24,000 nt of DNA, taken from NCBI RefSeq assembly GCF_017255185.1, contig NZ_JAFKCZ010000008.1, positions 83,714 to 107,713 of the forward strand. Direction: 5' to 3'. The notes beneath the pieces were generated by a model, which was not told where the DNA came from, searched no databases, and saw only the letters and a list, made by a program, of their open reading frames with translations. Positions 1 to 9,458 of this stretch are shown one piece after another (positions within the stretch are counted from its first letter, which is position 1; every line of letters starts with the position of its first letter). The position numbers were made by a program, and so were the translations under genes. Source of the stretch: Parahaliea mediterranea. Its GTDB lineage: Bacteria > Pseudomonadota > Gammaproteobacteria > Pseudomonadales > Halieaceae.

Positions 1-800
1 TGGTCCTCCCAGATGGTGGGACCGTCCTTGCTCTCCACGCATTCCTGCGCCACGCCGGGGCCCATCACCTCGGACAGGCCGTAGATATCCACGGCATCGA
101 TGCCCAGGCGCTGCTCCATCTCACTGCGCATCGCGTCGGTCCAGGGCTCGGCGCCGAAGATACCCGCGCGCAGCGACAGGTCGCGGGGGTCGATGCCCTG
201 GCGCTCCAGCTCATCGGCGATGTTCATCATGTAGGAGGGGGTCACCATGATGATGTCGGGGTCGAAATCCCGGATCAGCTGCACCTGCTTCTCGGTCTGC
301 CCGCCGGACATCGGCACGACCGTGCAGCCCAGGCGCTCGGCCCCGTAGTGCGCCCCCAGGCCGCCGGTAAACAGACCGTAGCCGTAGGCGACATGCACCA
401 TGTCCTCGGCCCGGCCGCCGGCGGCGCGAATCGAACGCGCCACGACCTCGGCCCAGGTGTCGATATCCTCTTGCGTGTAGCCCACCACCGTGGGCTTGCC
501 GGTGGTGCCGCTGGAGGCGTGGATGCGCACCACCTGCTCCCGGGGCACGGCGAACAGGCCAAAGGGGTAGTTGTCGCGCAGGTCCTGCTTGGTGGTGAAG
601 GGAAAGCGCGCCAAATCCTCCAGCGACCCCAGGTCCTCCGGCGACACCCCGTGGGCCTCGAAGCGGGCGCGATACACCGGGGAATTGTCGTAGACGTGCC
701 GCAGCGTCTCGCGCAGTCGCTCGAGTTGCAGCGCGCGCAGCTCGTCGACACTGGCGGTCTCGATGGCGTGGAGTGGCTGGGTACAGGGTTGTGATCGCAT
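1..800 (-). CDS. paaK: Phenylacetate-CoA ligase, N-terminal ~266 codons; the 3' end runs off the left edge of the window
   Basis: Absent from the ORF track because no stop codon lies in the window. My translation of the minus strand from ATG 800..798 gives MRSQPCTQPLHAIETASVDELRALQLERLRETLRHVYDNSPVYRARFEAHGVSPEDLGSLEDLARFPFTTKQDLRDNYPFGLFAVPREQVVRIHASSGTTGKPTVVGYTQEDIDTWAEVVARSIRAAGG...MVTPSYMMNIADELERQGIDPRDL... This is a PaaK-type N-terminus with the SSGTTGKPT adenylation loop. GGAG lies ~8 nt upstream of the ATG. Track ORFs 211..873(-) and 275..751(-) are out-of-frame shadows. Confidence 0.9.
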   Translation of the reverse strand, partial: MRSQPCTQPLHAIETASVDELRALQLERLRETLRHVYDNSPVYRARFEAHGVSPEDLGSLEDLARFPFTTKQDLRDNYPFGLFAVPREQVVRIHASSGTTGKPTVVGYTQEDIDTWAEVVARSIRAAGGRAEDMVHVAYGYGLFTGGLGAHYGAERLGCTVVPMSGGQTEKQVQLIRDFDPDIIMVTPSYMMNIADELERQGIDPRDLSLRAGIFGAEPWTDAMRSEMEQRLGIDAVDIYGLSEVMGPGVAQECVESKDGPTIWED

Positions 801-848
801 GGGCTCGCTCCGGCTTCCTGTTATGCGCATTATAGGCGAGCAGTATGT

Positions 849-885
849 AATACCATTTATAATTATTTTTCAATATTTTTGTATC
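849..885 (-). promoter_or_regulatory. Candidate PaaX operator in the paaK promoter (GATACA-N25-GGTATT read on the minus strand)
   Basis: The minus-strand sequence is GATACAAAAATATTGAAAAATAATTATAAATGGTATT, in the AT-rich region just upstream of a perfect TATAAT (minus strand, 834..829) and the paaK ATG at 800. The same half-sites with the same 25-nt spacing recur at 1859..1895. Confidence 0.4.
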
Positions 886-1202
886 ACTTAATCCTCAACT
901 CACTCGCGCCGGCGGCGGAGCCGCGACCCCGCTAACCCGGCGACCGCCGGACCGCACGCGCGCAATACGCGCCCCGTGAAAGGGGCTGGCGGGATCAATG
1001 GGGCCAGGGGTGACAATGGATTGACCAGGCCTCGCCGCCCCCGCGGGTGCAGTGGCGGCCGAACGATTCACGGGAATGAGCGAAGCCCGGCCGGGGAGGC
1101 GGAAAGGGCCGACTGGCGGGAAAAATCGATGCCCGGTACGCGCGAGCGGCCGGGCCCGGTCGGGAAAAAGACCGCTGCTAAATCAGTGCCGCACCACGCG
1201 GC

Positions 1203-1802
1203 TCAGCCGCGGCTTTTGTACAGCGGCTGGACATCCTCGACGACGATGCGGCGCCTGTCCGCCTCGACCGCCGCCAGGGGCTCCGCCGGCCGCAGGGTCT
1301 GCAAACAACGCCGCGAGAGTGCCTGATACTCCGCGGTACCCCGCGATTTCCAGGCAATTTCCTCATCGGTGACCTGGCGCAGAAGCCTGGCTGGACTGCC
1401 CACCAGCATGGACCGGGCATCGCAGTGAAACTTGGCCTTAACGAAGGCGCAGGCCGCGACAATGCATTCGGGGCCGATCTCCGCGCCGTCCATAATCACC
1501 GCGTTCATCCCCACCAGGGTGTTGCGGCCGATGCGGCAACCGTGCAGTACCGCGCCGTGGCCAATGTGGCCGTTTTCCTCCACCTCGGTATCGGTCCCCG
1601 GAAAACCGTGCATGATGCAGGTATCCTGCAGGTTCGCGCCCGGGCCGAGGATCAGGCGACCAAAATCGCCGCGCATCACCGCGTTGGGGCCCACATAGGC
1701 GCCGGGGCCGACGATGGCATCGCCAATCAACACCGCGGTCTCGTGCACGAAAGCCGTGGGGTCGACCACCGGCGTAATTCCATCGATACTGAATACTGGC
1801 AT
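1203..1802 (-). CDS. paaY: Phenylacetic acid degradation protein PaaY (hexapeptide-repeat, gamma-carbonic-anhydrase-like thioesterase)
   Basis: ORF 1203..1865(-). I place the start at the internal ATG 1802 ([89 protein letters not shown]...). From that point it is colinear with E. coli PaaY as I remember it. Left-handed beta-helix hexapeptide repeats are visible. Confidence 0.85.
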   Translation of the reverse strand: MPVFSIDGITPVVDPTAFVHETAVLIGDAIVGPGAYVGPNAVMRGDFGRLILGPGANLQDTCIMHGFPGTDTEVEENGHIGHGAVLHGCRIGRNTLVGMNAVIMDGAEIGPECIVAACAFVKAKFHCDARSMLVGSPARLLRQVTDEEIAWKSRGTAEYQALSRRCLQTLRPAEPLAAVEADRRRIVVEDVQPLYKSRG

Positions 1803-1858
1803 GGCTATTGCGTCCCCGAGCACAAATGGAGCGTCCAGTATAGGCGCCTGCTTTTTAT

Positions 1859-1895
1859 GACACAATTTTTATATATTTTTTAATTATTTGGTATT
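1859..1895 (+). promoter_or_regulatory. Candidate PaaX operator in the divergent paaY/paaX intergenic region (GACACA-N25-GGTATT)
   Basis: GACACAATTTTTATATATTTTTTAATTATTTGGTATT. It has the same architecture as 849..885: a 6-nt left half differing at one base, an identical GGTATT right half, and identical 25-nt AT-rich spacing. Confidence 0.4.
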
Positions 1896-1954
1896 ATGTA
1901 AAGCATCATTCCAATAGCGCTGTGCGCTCGCACAGGGCAATAACAAATCGATAT

Positions 1955-2884
1955 ATGGCACAACTCAAAATCATTTCCGACCTGCTGGACGACTTCCGGC
2001 AGCGACGCCCGATCCGCGGGCGCTCGCTCATCATCACTGTGTTTGGCGACGCCATTTCCCAGCACGGCGGTTCCCTCTGGCTGGGCAGCCTGATCCACGC
2101 CCTGGCGCCCTTCGGCCTCAGTGACCGCCTGGTGCGCACCTCGGTCTACCGCCTGCTGCAGGAAGACTGGCTCACCTCGCGCCAGGTGGGGCGGCGCAGT
2201 TACTACAGCCTGTCCGAGACCGGTTCGCGCCAGTACCAGCGTGCGGCCCGCCGCATTTACGCCGCCGCCCGCCCCCGCTGGGACGGCCAGTGGATCGTGG
2301 TCATGCCCTCGTTCCTGGTGGACGAAGAGCGCGAGCAGTTGCGCCGCCAGCTGCGCTGGGAGGGCTACGCCGCGCTGGCCTCGGGTGTTCTGGGGCACCC
2401 GGGCGGCGACCGCCGGGCGCTGGATGAAACCCTCCAGGAACTGGGGGCGAGCGACAAGGTGGTGGTGATGAACGCCCACACCGAGGACGCCGCCTCGCAG
2501 GTGGCGCTGCAGGAGCTGGCCCGGGACTGCTGGCAGATCGACGAGCTCGAGGCCCGCTACAACGCCTTCCTGGCGACCTTCCGGCCGGTACTGGCGGCCC
2601 TCAAGCGGGCCAGGACGCCAGCGCCGGAACAGTGCTTCCAGGTCCGCACCCTGGCAATTCACGAATACCGGCGCATCCTGCTGAAAGACACCGACCTCCC
2701 CGACGAGCTGCTGCCCGGGAACTGGGCCGGCAAGGCCGCCCGCAACCTGGCCGCCAATCTCTACCGCGCCACCTACGCCGGCGCCGAACACTACCTGACC
2801 GGGACCATGGAGACCGCCGAGGGCGCCCTGCCACAGGCGGATGCCAGCTTCTACGACCGCTTCGGCGGCCTGAAACGGGCATAA
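1955..2884 (+). CDS. paaX: Phenylacetyl-CoA-responsive transcriptional repressor PaaX
   Basis: ORF 1922..2884(+), trimmed to ATG 1955 (MAQLKIISDLLDDFRQRRPIRGRSLIITVFGDAISQHGGSLWLGSLIHALAPFGLSDRLVRTSVYRLLQEDWLTSRQVGRRSYYSLSETG...WDGQW...YRRILLKDTDLPDELLPGNWAG...FYDRFGGL). These blocks match the conserved blocks of E. coli PaaX. The gene is divergent from paaY, as is typical. Confidence 0.9.
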   Translation: MAQLKIISDLLDDFRQRRPIRGRSLIITVFGDAISQHGGSLWLGSLIHALAPFGLSDRLVRTSVYRLLQEDWLTSRQVGRRSYYSLSETGSRQYQRAARRIYAAARPRWDGQWIVVMPSFLVDEEREQLRRQLRWEGYAALASGVLGHPGGDRRALDETLQELGASDKVVVMNAHTEDAASQVALQELARDCWQIDELEARYNAFLATFRPVLAALKRARTPAPEQCFQVRTLAIHEYRRILLKDTDLPDELLPGNWAGKAARNLAANLYRATYAGAEHYLTGTMETAEGALPQADASFYDRFGGLKRA

Positions 2885-3150
2885 CGCCACCCGCCCCCGC
2901 CCTTGCCCCGCGAAGGGTTCTATACTCTGACTATGGCCTGGTTGCACCCCGGGACCCCGGCTGCCGGCTTCAATGGAAGGCGGCCTGTGGCGCCGCCGTT
3001 TCCCACACCCGGACCGGGACCGACAAGCAAGGCAACAAGCGGTTGATTTATATGGATAAATAAACGAAGACCCGGTGCCGCGAGCGCCCCATAGCCAACG
3101 GCAGTTTCCACGCCAGCAGGGTGTGGGAGGCCTGCCCAGAGGAGGTCACC

Positions 3151-5394
3151 ATGTCGCTTCAACCCGTAAACCCCGCAATTATAAGCCGCCCCGCCCTCGC
3201 CTTCGCCGCGGGCGCCTCCCTCGCATGCCTGCTCCCCGCCGCGCCCGCCCACGCCCAGGCCGGACAGCTGGAGGAGGTCATCGTCACCTCGAACTACCGG
3301 GAGGAAAACCTGCAGGATGTCGCCGTCGCGGTGACGGCCCTGTCCGGGGATGAACTCAACGAGGCGCAAATTTTCGGCCCCACCGAGATCGCCTACAAGG
3401 CGCCGGGCATGGCCTACGCCGAGTTCGCCCCCGGCCAGGCCATCATCTCCATGCGCGGCATCAGCTCGGCGGACGACGGCGCCGGGATGGACAACTCCGT
3501 GGTCATGTTCCTCGACGGGGTCTATGTCGGCAGCATCGCCAGCATCAACCAGGAAATGTTCGACGTGCAGCGAATCGAGGTCCTGCGCGGCCCACAGGGC
3601 ACGCTGTTCGGCCGCAACGCCATCGGCGGCGTGCTGAACGTGACCACCCTCAAGCCCTCGGACGAGCTTAACGTGCGGGCGGAAGTCTCGGTCGGCAACG
3701 AGGGCAACCTGCGCTACCAGGGCCTGGTGTCGGGCGGCATCACCGACTCCCTCTCGGGCAAGCTGGTCTACAACCACCGGGAACACGACGGCTACGTGGA
3801 TAACGTCGTTCTCGGCATCGACCAGCAGGACGAGGATGTGACCTCCTATCGCGGGCAGTTGCGCTGGGAGACCGAGTCCATGGACTGGCTGTTCTCCGCC
3901 GATTACATGGAGGACGAGCGGGAGGACATGGGGCGCGTGCCGATCGTCTCCGGCACCGCGCCCACCGTGGACCTGTGGCGGGAACAGGGCGGCTCGTTCC
4001 GCAAGGTGACGGCGCCGGTGGGCACCAAGGCCGAGGGCGGCGGTTCGGAGCGCGAAACCGGGGGTGTCAGCCTGCAGGGCGACATCCTGTTCGAATCCGG
4101 TACCTTCACCACCATCACCGCCTTTCGCAACGCCGAAACGGACTGGGGCATGGCGTCGATCGGCGTGGGCATCCCGGTGGAGATCATCGACGATATCGTC
4201 CAGGACATCGATACCTTCACCCAGGAATTCCGCTGGACCTCCAACCTCGGCGGCAACTTCAACTACGTGGCGGGCATCTACTACCTGGACGAGGAAACCG
4301 ACCGCACCGAGCAGTTTCGCCTGCTGCTGCCCGGGACCGGCGACATTGGCAACGAGGTCTCGCGGCAGGTTAACGAAACCACCAGCTACGCCGCCTATTT
4401 CCAGGGCGACTACGATTTCTCCGAGGCCCTGACCCTGACCGTCGGACTGCGCTATACCTACGACGACAAGGAAACCCGCTCCATTTCAGTCAACTGTGGC
4501 CAGCCGGGCGCGGCTGACTACCCCCGGTACTGCACCGGGGTCGGCGGCAGCCTGGCGATCATCGCCCAGACCTTCGACGTGACCGCCGATGACTCCTGGA
4601 GCGATGTCTCGCCCAAGGTCACCCTCACCTACCGGCCGCTGGACAACATGATGGTCTACGGCACCGTGGCCTACGGTTTCAAGAGCGGCGGCTTCGGCGG
4701 CGCGCCGGGCACGCCGGAGCAGGCGCAGGTACCGGTCGACCCGGAGGACGCGATCAATTACGAGCTGGGCCTGAAGGGCGACTTCCTCGACCAGAGCCTG
4801 CGCCTCAACGCGGCGGCCTTCTACATCGACTACCAGGACCTGCAGATCGTACGCTTTGGCCCCACCGAGGCCAACCCGGACTTCGGCTCGTTTATCACCG
4901 ACAACATCGGCGAGGCGGACATCTACGGCATCGAGACCGAATTCACCTGGCACCCCAGCGACAATTTCCGCCTCAGCGGCAACTACGCCTACCTGTCCAC
5001 GGAGGTCAACGACCTGATCATCGCCGGCGCCGGCGGCGCGGTCGATGTATCCGGCTCCGACCTGCGCCAGGCGCCGGAAAACAAATACTCGTTGACCGCC
5101 AGCTACGACATCCACCTGGGCGGCGGCTCGCTGATCAACCTGCGCGCGGACTACGCGCACACCGACGAGCAGATCAATGACTACCTCAACCAGGACACCA
5201 TTATCGAGGACTTCGACCTGTTCGACGCCCGGCTGGCCTGGGTGTCCGCCAGCCAGAACTGGACCGTGGCGGCCTGGGGCAAGAACCTGACCGACGAGGA
5301 GTACATCTCGCACAGCTATGTGATCGGCCCCGGCGTGATCGGCGTCTGGGGTCACCCCAGAACCTACGGCCTGTCCATCAGCTACGAAATGTGA
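3151..5394 (+). CDS. TonB-dependent outer-membrane receptor
   Basis: ORF 3121..5394(+). The start is set at ATG 3151, preceded by GGAGG at 3141-3145. It has a long signal peptide ending AHAQA, a plug domain (EEVIVTSNYREENLQDVAVAVTALSGDEL...RIEVLRGPQGTLFGRNAIGGVLNV) and a C-terminal beta-barrel with the alternating pattern (...AAWGKNLTDEEY...RTYGLSISYEM). Confidence 0.9.
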   Translation: MSLQPVNPAIISRPALAFAAGASLACLLPAAPAHAQAGQLEEVIVTSNYREENLQDVAVAVTALSGDELNEAQIFGPTEIAYKAPGMAYAEFAPGQAIISMRGISSADDGAGMDNSVVMFLDGVYVGSIASINQEMFDVQRIEVLRGPQGTLFGRNAIGGVLNVTTLKPSDELNVRAEVSVGNEGNLRYQGLVSGGITDSLSGKLVYNHREHDGYVDNVVLGIDQQDEDVTSYRGQLRWETESMDWLFSADYMEDEREDMGRVPIVSGTAPTVDLWREQGGSFRKVTAPVGTKAEGGGSERETGGVSLQGDILFESGTFTTITAFRNAETDWGMASIGVGIPVEIIDDIVQDIDTFTQEFRWTSNLGGNFNYVAGIYYLDEETDRTEQFRLLLPGTGDIGNEVSRQVNETTSYAAYFQGDYDFSEALTLTVGLRYTYDDKETRSISVNCGQPGAADYPRYCTGVGGSLAIIAQTFDVTADDSWSDVSPKVTLTYRPLDNMMVYGTVAYGFKSGGFGGAPGTPEQAQVPVDPEDAINYELGLKGDFLDQSLRLNAAAFYIDYQDLQIVRFGPTEANPDFGSFITDNIGEADIYGIETEFTWHPSDNFRLSGNYAYLSTEVNDLIIAGAGGAVDVSGSDLRQAPENKYSLTASYDIHLGGGSLINLRADYAHTDEQINDYLNQDTIIEDFDLFDARLAWVSASQNWTVAAWGKNLTDEEYISHSYVIGPGVIGVWGHPRTYGLSISYEM

Positions 5395-5479
5395 ACCGGG
5401 GGCCGGCGGCGCGAGCGCCACGCCGGCCCACCCTTGCGCGCAACCCAGCGACCTGCGCGGTTGCCGGAGAACAACAGCG

Positions 5480-7996
5480 ATGAAACGTACCGCCCTCGCC
5501 GGTATCGCCCTGATAGGTATTTGCCTGCAAGCCTGCCATACCGGGCCCGGCGGCGCCGATGCCGGCGCGCCGGTCGCGGCCACCCGCACCGAAGCGGTCA
5601 CCCTCTATCGCGACCGCTACGGCACGCCCCACGTCTTCGCCGAGAGCAACCGCGGCGTGTATTTCGGCTACGGTTACGCGGTGGCGCAGGACCGGCTGTT
5701 CCAGATGGAGATGCTCAAACGCACGGCCACAGGCACGGTATCGGCGGTGCTTGGGGAGGATTACCTCGACCTGGATATCACGCTGCGCACCCAGTACAAC
5801 CACCCCGCGGTGGCGGCGCAGGTGGCGGCGCTCAACGCCCGGGACCGCGAGATTCTGGCGGCCTACGCCGAGGGCTTCAACGCGCGCATCGACGAACTCG
5901 CCACCGACAGGGGCGCGCTCCTGCCCAAGCCCTTTATCGACTACGACTTTGCGCCCTCGCGCTGGAGCGCACAGGACGTCGCCGCGATATTCGTCGGCGC
6001 CATCGCCCACCGCTACGCCGATTTCAACTCCGAGCGCGACAACCTCGCTTTTCTGCAGGCGATGGAGGCCCGGCACGGCAAGCGGGCGGCCTGGGCCCTG
6101 TTCAACAGCGTGAAATGGCTCTACGACAACACCTCGCCGACCACCATCGCCCGCACCGGCGAGGTCGACGACAACGCTCCCCCGCGCCCTGCCTACCTCG
6201 ACGAGCTGGCGCCATCGAAGGGCCCCAGCCGGATGGTGTTCGACGACACCGGCAAGCTCGCCGGCCTGAGCAGCACTCCGGAACTGGCCAGCCAGCTGCG
6301 ACAACAACTGACCCGCAGCGGTTTCGGCGCCCACCCCGAGTTCGCCCCGGCGAGCAATTTCTGGGCGATGAACACGCTCGGCGATGCCAGGGGCGCACTG
6401 CTCAACGGCCCTCAGTTCGGCTTTTCGATGCCCGGCTATGTCTACGGCATCGGCCTGCACGGCGGCGACTTCGATGTCGTCGGCAACACGCTGCTGGCCC
6501 TGCCCTCGCTGCTGTTCGCCCACAACAACGCTATCGCCTGGGGCAGCACCGCCGGCCTCAGCGACCAGACCGACGAGTACCTGCTGCGCCTCAACCCCGA
6601 CAATCCCGGGCAATACCGACACAACGGCAACTGGGTGGATTTCGACACCTGGGAGGAAACCATTCACGTGCGCGGCCGTCCCCCGGTGACAGTGACCGCC
6701 CGCCGCGCCGTGCAGGGCATGGTGCTCGATCACCGGCCGATGGAGGGTATCGCCTGGGCCCGCGCCCGCGCCTGGGAGGGCAAGGCGGTGGATTCGCTAA
6801 TGGCCTGGATCTGGCTTGCCGTCGATAAAGCCCTGCCCGCGGCCGTGGACCGGATCGGCGCCAAGGTCACCAACATCAACATGTACCTGATGGACAAGAC
6901 GGGACGCCTGGCCTATATCCACAGTGGCCGCTACCCCCAACGGGCCGCCGGGCACGACTCGCGGCTGCCCGCCGTGGGCGACGGGCGCGCCGACTGGGCG
7001 GGCCTGCGGCCCTATGCGGACAACCCCAAGACCCTCGACCCGCACCAGGGCTATATCGTCAACTGGAACAACCGGCCCGCGCAAAACTGGCGCAGTTCCG
7101 ACCTGTGGAACCTGACCTGGGCTCGCGCCGACCGCGCCCAGGTGCTGATCGACGCCATGCGGGCCGCGCGCGGCGGCACCGTGCAACAGATGGTGGATAT
7201 CAACCGGCGCAGCACCTTCGCCGACGTCAACCTGCCGTTCCTGCTGCCCTACCTCGAAAACGCGCTGGCGGATCGCGAGCTACAGGCCACACGGATGCAG
7301 GCCCTGGCCCTGCTCAGGAACTGGGACGGCCAGTGGCGGGCGGACGGCAAGGGGCAGTTCGGTCCCGCGGCGACCCTGATGGAAGCCTGGGTGCGGGCGC
7401 TGCTGGAGCAGGTCTTTCAGGACGATGTGGGTGGGGATTTCTGGCACCTGTTCGCCGCCACCAACTACCCCACCACCCGACAGGGACCCTCGATCGGCAA
7501 CCCGGTGGGCGTAAAAGCCCTGGTGCGGCAGCTCGACACGCTGGCCGCGGGCGGCCAGCCGGCGTACGACTTCCTCAACGGCCAGTCTCCGGACACGGTG
7601 CTCGCGCACAGCTTTATCACCGCCGTCGACGCGTTGCGCGCCAGCCAGGGCGAAGAGGTCGGCGCCTGGCGCGTGGATGCGGCGCCGATGCAGTGGGCGC
7701 CGGTCAATTTCCGCGGAGTCCCCCAGGCCAGCGAGGACAACCTGTTGAGCGTCCCCACCTACCAGAACCGGGGCAGCGAGAACAATGTCTTCGTCGCCAC
7801 CGGCACGGGTATCGAAGGCCGCGACGTGATCCCCCCCGGCCAGGGCGGCCACCTGCTACCCGACGGCTCGCCGGCGCCGCACTACGACGACCAGCTGGAA
7901 CTGTACAAGCGCTTCGAATACAAGGCCCTGCCGTTCTCGCGCGCGGCGGTGGAGCGCGCCGCCGCCTCCGTCACCGAGTTGCGGCTGCCGCGATAA
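5480..7996 (+). CDS. Penicillin G acylase family Ntn-hydrolase (S45), probable lipoprotein precursor
   Basis: 838 aa. The N-terminus [19 protein letters not shown] carries a lipobox-like LQAC. The alpha chain reads [38 protein letters not shown]. The putative beta-chain N-terminal nucleophile is Ser292 (AGC 6353..6355) in [68 protein letters not shown]. This is nearly colinear with the E. coli PGA beta chain as I recall it (SNMWVIG...[32 protein letters not shown]...GHNGVISWGSTAG). Confidence 0.9.
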   Translation: MKRTALAGIALIGICLQACHTGPGGADAGAPVAATRTEAVTLYRDRYGTPHVFAESNRGVYFGYGYAVAQDRLFQMEMLKRTATGTVSAVLGEDYLDLDITLRTQYNHPAVAAQVAALNARDREILAAYAEGFNARIDELATDRGALLPKPFIDYDFAPSRWSAQDVAAIFVGAIAHRYADFNSERDNLAFLQAMEARHGKRAAWALFNSVKWLYDNTSPTTIARTGEVDDNAPPRPAYLDELAPSKGPSRMVFDDTGKLAGLSSTPELASQLRQQLTRSGFGAHPEFAPASNFWAMNTLGDARGALLNGPQFGFSMPGYVYGIGLHGGDFDVVGNTLLALPSLLFAHNNAIAWGSTAGLSDQTDEYLLRLNPDNPGQYRHNGNWVDFDTWEETIHVRGRPPVTVTARRAVQGMVLDHRPMEGIAWARARAWEGKAVDSLMAWIWLAVDKALPAAVDRIGAKVTNINMYLMDKTGRLAYIHSGRYPQRAAGHDSRLPAVGDGRADWAGLRPYADNPKTLDPHQGYIVNWNNRPAQNWRSSDLWNLTWARADRAQVLIDAMRAARGGTVQQMVDINRRSTFADVNLPFLLPYLENALADRELQATRMQALALLRNWDGQWRADGKGQFGPAATLMEAWVRALLEQVFQDDVGGDFWHLFAATNYPTTRQGPSIGNPVGVKALVRQLDTLAAGGQPAYDFLNGQSPDTVLAHSFITAVDALRASQGEEVGAWRVDAAPMQWAPVNFRGVPQASEDNLLSVPTYQNRGSENNVFVATGTGIEGRDVIPPGQGGHLLPDGSPAPHYDDQLELYKRFEYKALPFSRAAVERAAASVTELRLPR

Positions 7997-9383
7997 GCGG
8001 CTCGATCGCGGCGGCAATGTCCAGCAGGCGGCAGTCGCTGCCGGCGGGGCCATCGAGTTCCATGCCGATGGGCATGTCACCACCCGCGGCGGGCAGGCTG
8101 ATACCGGGAATACCGGCGTTCGAGGCGGGATCGGTGTTGCGAATGTAGGTGTTGAAGGTCGGGCGGCGCTCTCCGTTCAGGGACACCGTTTCCAGGTTGC
8201 CGGCAATCGGCCGCGCCGCCAGCGGCGTGGTGGGAAAAATCACCGCCTCGACATCGTGCCCTGCGAAATAGTCCCGATAGGCCCCCTGCAGCGCCCGCCG
8301 GTGTTCGCCGACAGCACTGCGGTAGCTGGCCTCATCGACGGCGCCCCCCAGCGCATCGCCGACCACCGCTTTGACATCGGGGCTGGCAATACTGTCCACG
8401 AAGGCCTCGATGCCCAGCCCCGGCCGGTACCGCGCCAGGTAGTCAGGCAGCAATCTGCTGGTTTCGTACAGCACCACGGGAAAGCCCACGGCGCCGTTCA
8501 GCGACTCGATGTCCGCAATATCCGCCTCCACCAGTACCGCGCCAGCCGCCGCCAGGCGCTCCAGGGACGCGGCCGCCGCGGCGGCGACGAGCGGGCTCAG
8601 ATCGTCGTAGAAGTAGGCGCGGGGCACACCGAGTCGCAAACCCGCCAGCTTTGCGGGCTCCAGGCTGCCGCAGGCCTCATCGGCCATCACGCTGTCGAGC
8701 AGGGCCGCGGTACGCACATTCATCGCTATCGGTCCGGCGGTATCCCGCGTGGTGGAAATCAGCGTCATGCCGCTGTTGGGATAGCGGCCGGTGGTGGGCC
8801 GGAAACCGACCACCCCGTTCAGCGCGGCGGGGATGCGCACCGAACCCCCGGTATCGGTGCCGATACCGGCATCGACCAGCCCCAGGGCCACGGCGACGGC
8901 GGTGCCGCCACTGGAGCCCCCGGCGAGGTAGTCCGCATCCCGGGCATTGCCAACCACTCCGTAGGCGGTGTTGGCGCTGGTAATACCGTAGGCGAGTTCG
9001 TGCAGGTTGTTCTTGCCGGCGATGGTCGCCCCCGCGGCCCTGAGCCGCGCGACAACCCCGGCATCCTCCCCGGGCACGAAGCTGGCCAAAGCCGGCGTCC
9101 CCGCGGTGTTGGGCAGGCCGGCGACGTGGATATTGTCCTTGATGCCCAGGGTCATCCCGTCGAGCGGGCCGGCGCCGGTCGGCGGGATGCTGGCCCGGGT
9201 GATGAAGCTGGCGTGCTCGCTGGGGTTGTCGGTGTACGGTTGCTGCGCGATGACGACAGCCGGTGGGCTCACGACCTGGCCTGGCGACTTCTCGCTACCG
9301 CCCCAGGCACTGGCCGCCATGCCCAGGAGAACGGCCCCGGCGTTGACGACCCAGTTGCGATCACGCAAAACTCCAGTCACCAC
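7971..9383 (-). CDS. Amidase-signature family amidase with N-terminal signal peptide
   Basis: 470 aa. GTG start at 9383, with GGAAGGAGAG 7 nt upstream. Signal-like N-terminus [24 protein letters not shown] signature [47 protein letters not shown], plus an upstream LGIKDNI lysine. The 3' end overlaps the acylase 3' end by 26 bp (convergent). Confidence 0.85.
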   Translation of the reverse strand: MVTGVLRDRNWVVNAGAVLLGMAASAWGGSEKSPGQVVSPPAVVIAQQPYTDNPSEHASFITRASIPPTGAGPLDGMTLGIKDNIHVAGLPNTAGTPALASFVPGEDAGVVARLRAAGATIAGKNNLHELAYGITSANTAYGVVGNARDADYLAGGSSGGTAVAVALGLVDAGIGTDTGGSVRIPAALNGVVGFRPTTGRYPNSGMTLISTTRDTAGPIAMNVRTAALLDSVMADEACGSLEPAKLAGLRLGVPRAYFYDDLSPLVAAAAAASLERLAAAGAVLVEADIADIESLNGAVGFPVVLYETSRLLPDYLARYRPGLGIEAFVDSIASPDVKAVVGDALGGAVDEASYRSAVGEHRRALQGAYRDYFAGHDVEAVIFPTTPLAARPIAGNLETVSLNGERRPTFNTYIRNTDPASNAGIPGISLPAAGGDMPIGMELDGPAGSDCRLLDIAAAIEPLIAAAATR

Positions 9384-9458
9384 GGCAGCTCTCCTTCCCG
9401 ATATTATCGTGCTCTTTAAAACCGGCGCCCGGTCAGAACACAGCCGGGGCCTTGAACA

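Noticed and set aside
211-873. Track ORFs 211..873(-), 275..751(-) and 348..794(+) as the gene at the left edge.
   Set aside because: They are all out of frame relative to the clear PaaK reading frame (minus strand, ATG at 800), which the track omits because its stop lies outside the window.
1146-1178. Possible terminator downstream of paaY (GCGGCCGGGCCCGGTCGGGAAAAAGACCGCTGC region).
   Set aside because: The inverted repeats are short and imperfect, and the T-run on the relevant (minus) strand precedes rather than follows a stable stem. This is not convincing.
976-1372. ORFs 976..1326(+) and 1052..1372(+) in the paaY-paaK gap.
   Set aside because: They give Arg/Pro/Gly-rich low-complexity products, have no RBS, and run antisense into the paaY 3' end. 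I treat them as non-coding.
3121-3150. Upstream alternative starts given by the track: 3121 for the TonB receptor, 1865 for paaY, 1922 for paaX, 11726 for the monooxygenase/reductase, 22962 for the cyclase.
   Set aside because: In each case an internal ATG has a properly spaced Shine-Dalgarno sequence, and the protein aligns with its family from that point. The extensions would also run into promoter or operator sequence.
2885-3150. Riboswitch or PaaX box upstream of the TonB-dependent receptor.
   Set aside because: I could not recognise a cobalamin, TPP or other riboswitch core, nor the GA(T/C)ACA-N25-GGTATT motif. Only weak promoter-like hexamers (TATACT, TTGATT) are present. A covariance-model scan would be needed to say more.
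5380-5394. TonB-dependent receptor ending in ...SISYEM rather than the usual C-terminal aromatic residue.
   Set aside because: This is a single-residue deviation. The reading frame is otherwise intact and the barrel pattern is normal up to the stop. It is insufficient to claim a pseudogene or frameshift.
9419-9437. Possible intrinsic terminator between the OYE-like gene and the amidase (minus strand GACCGG-GCG-CCGGT followed by TTTAAAG).
   Set aside because: The stem is only 5-6 bp and the T-tract only three residues. That is too weak to call. The amidase may be co-transcribed or have its own promoter.
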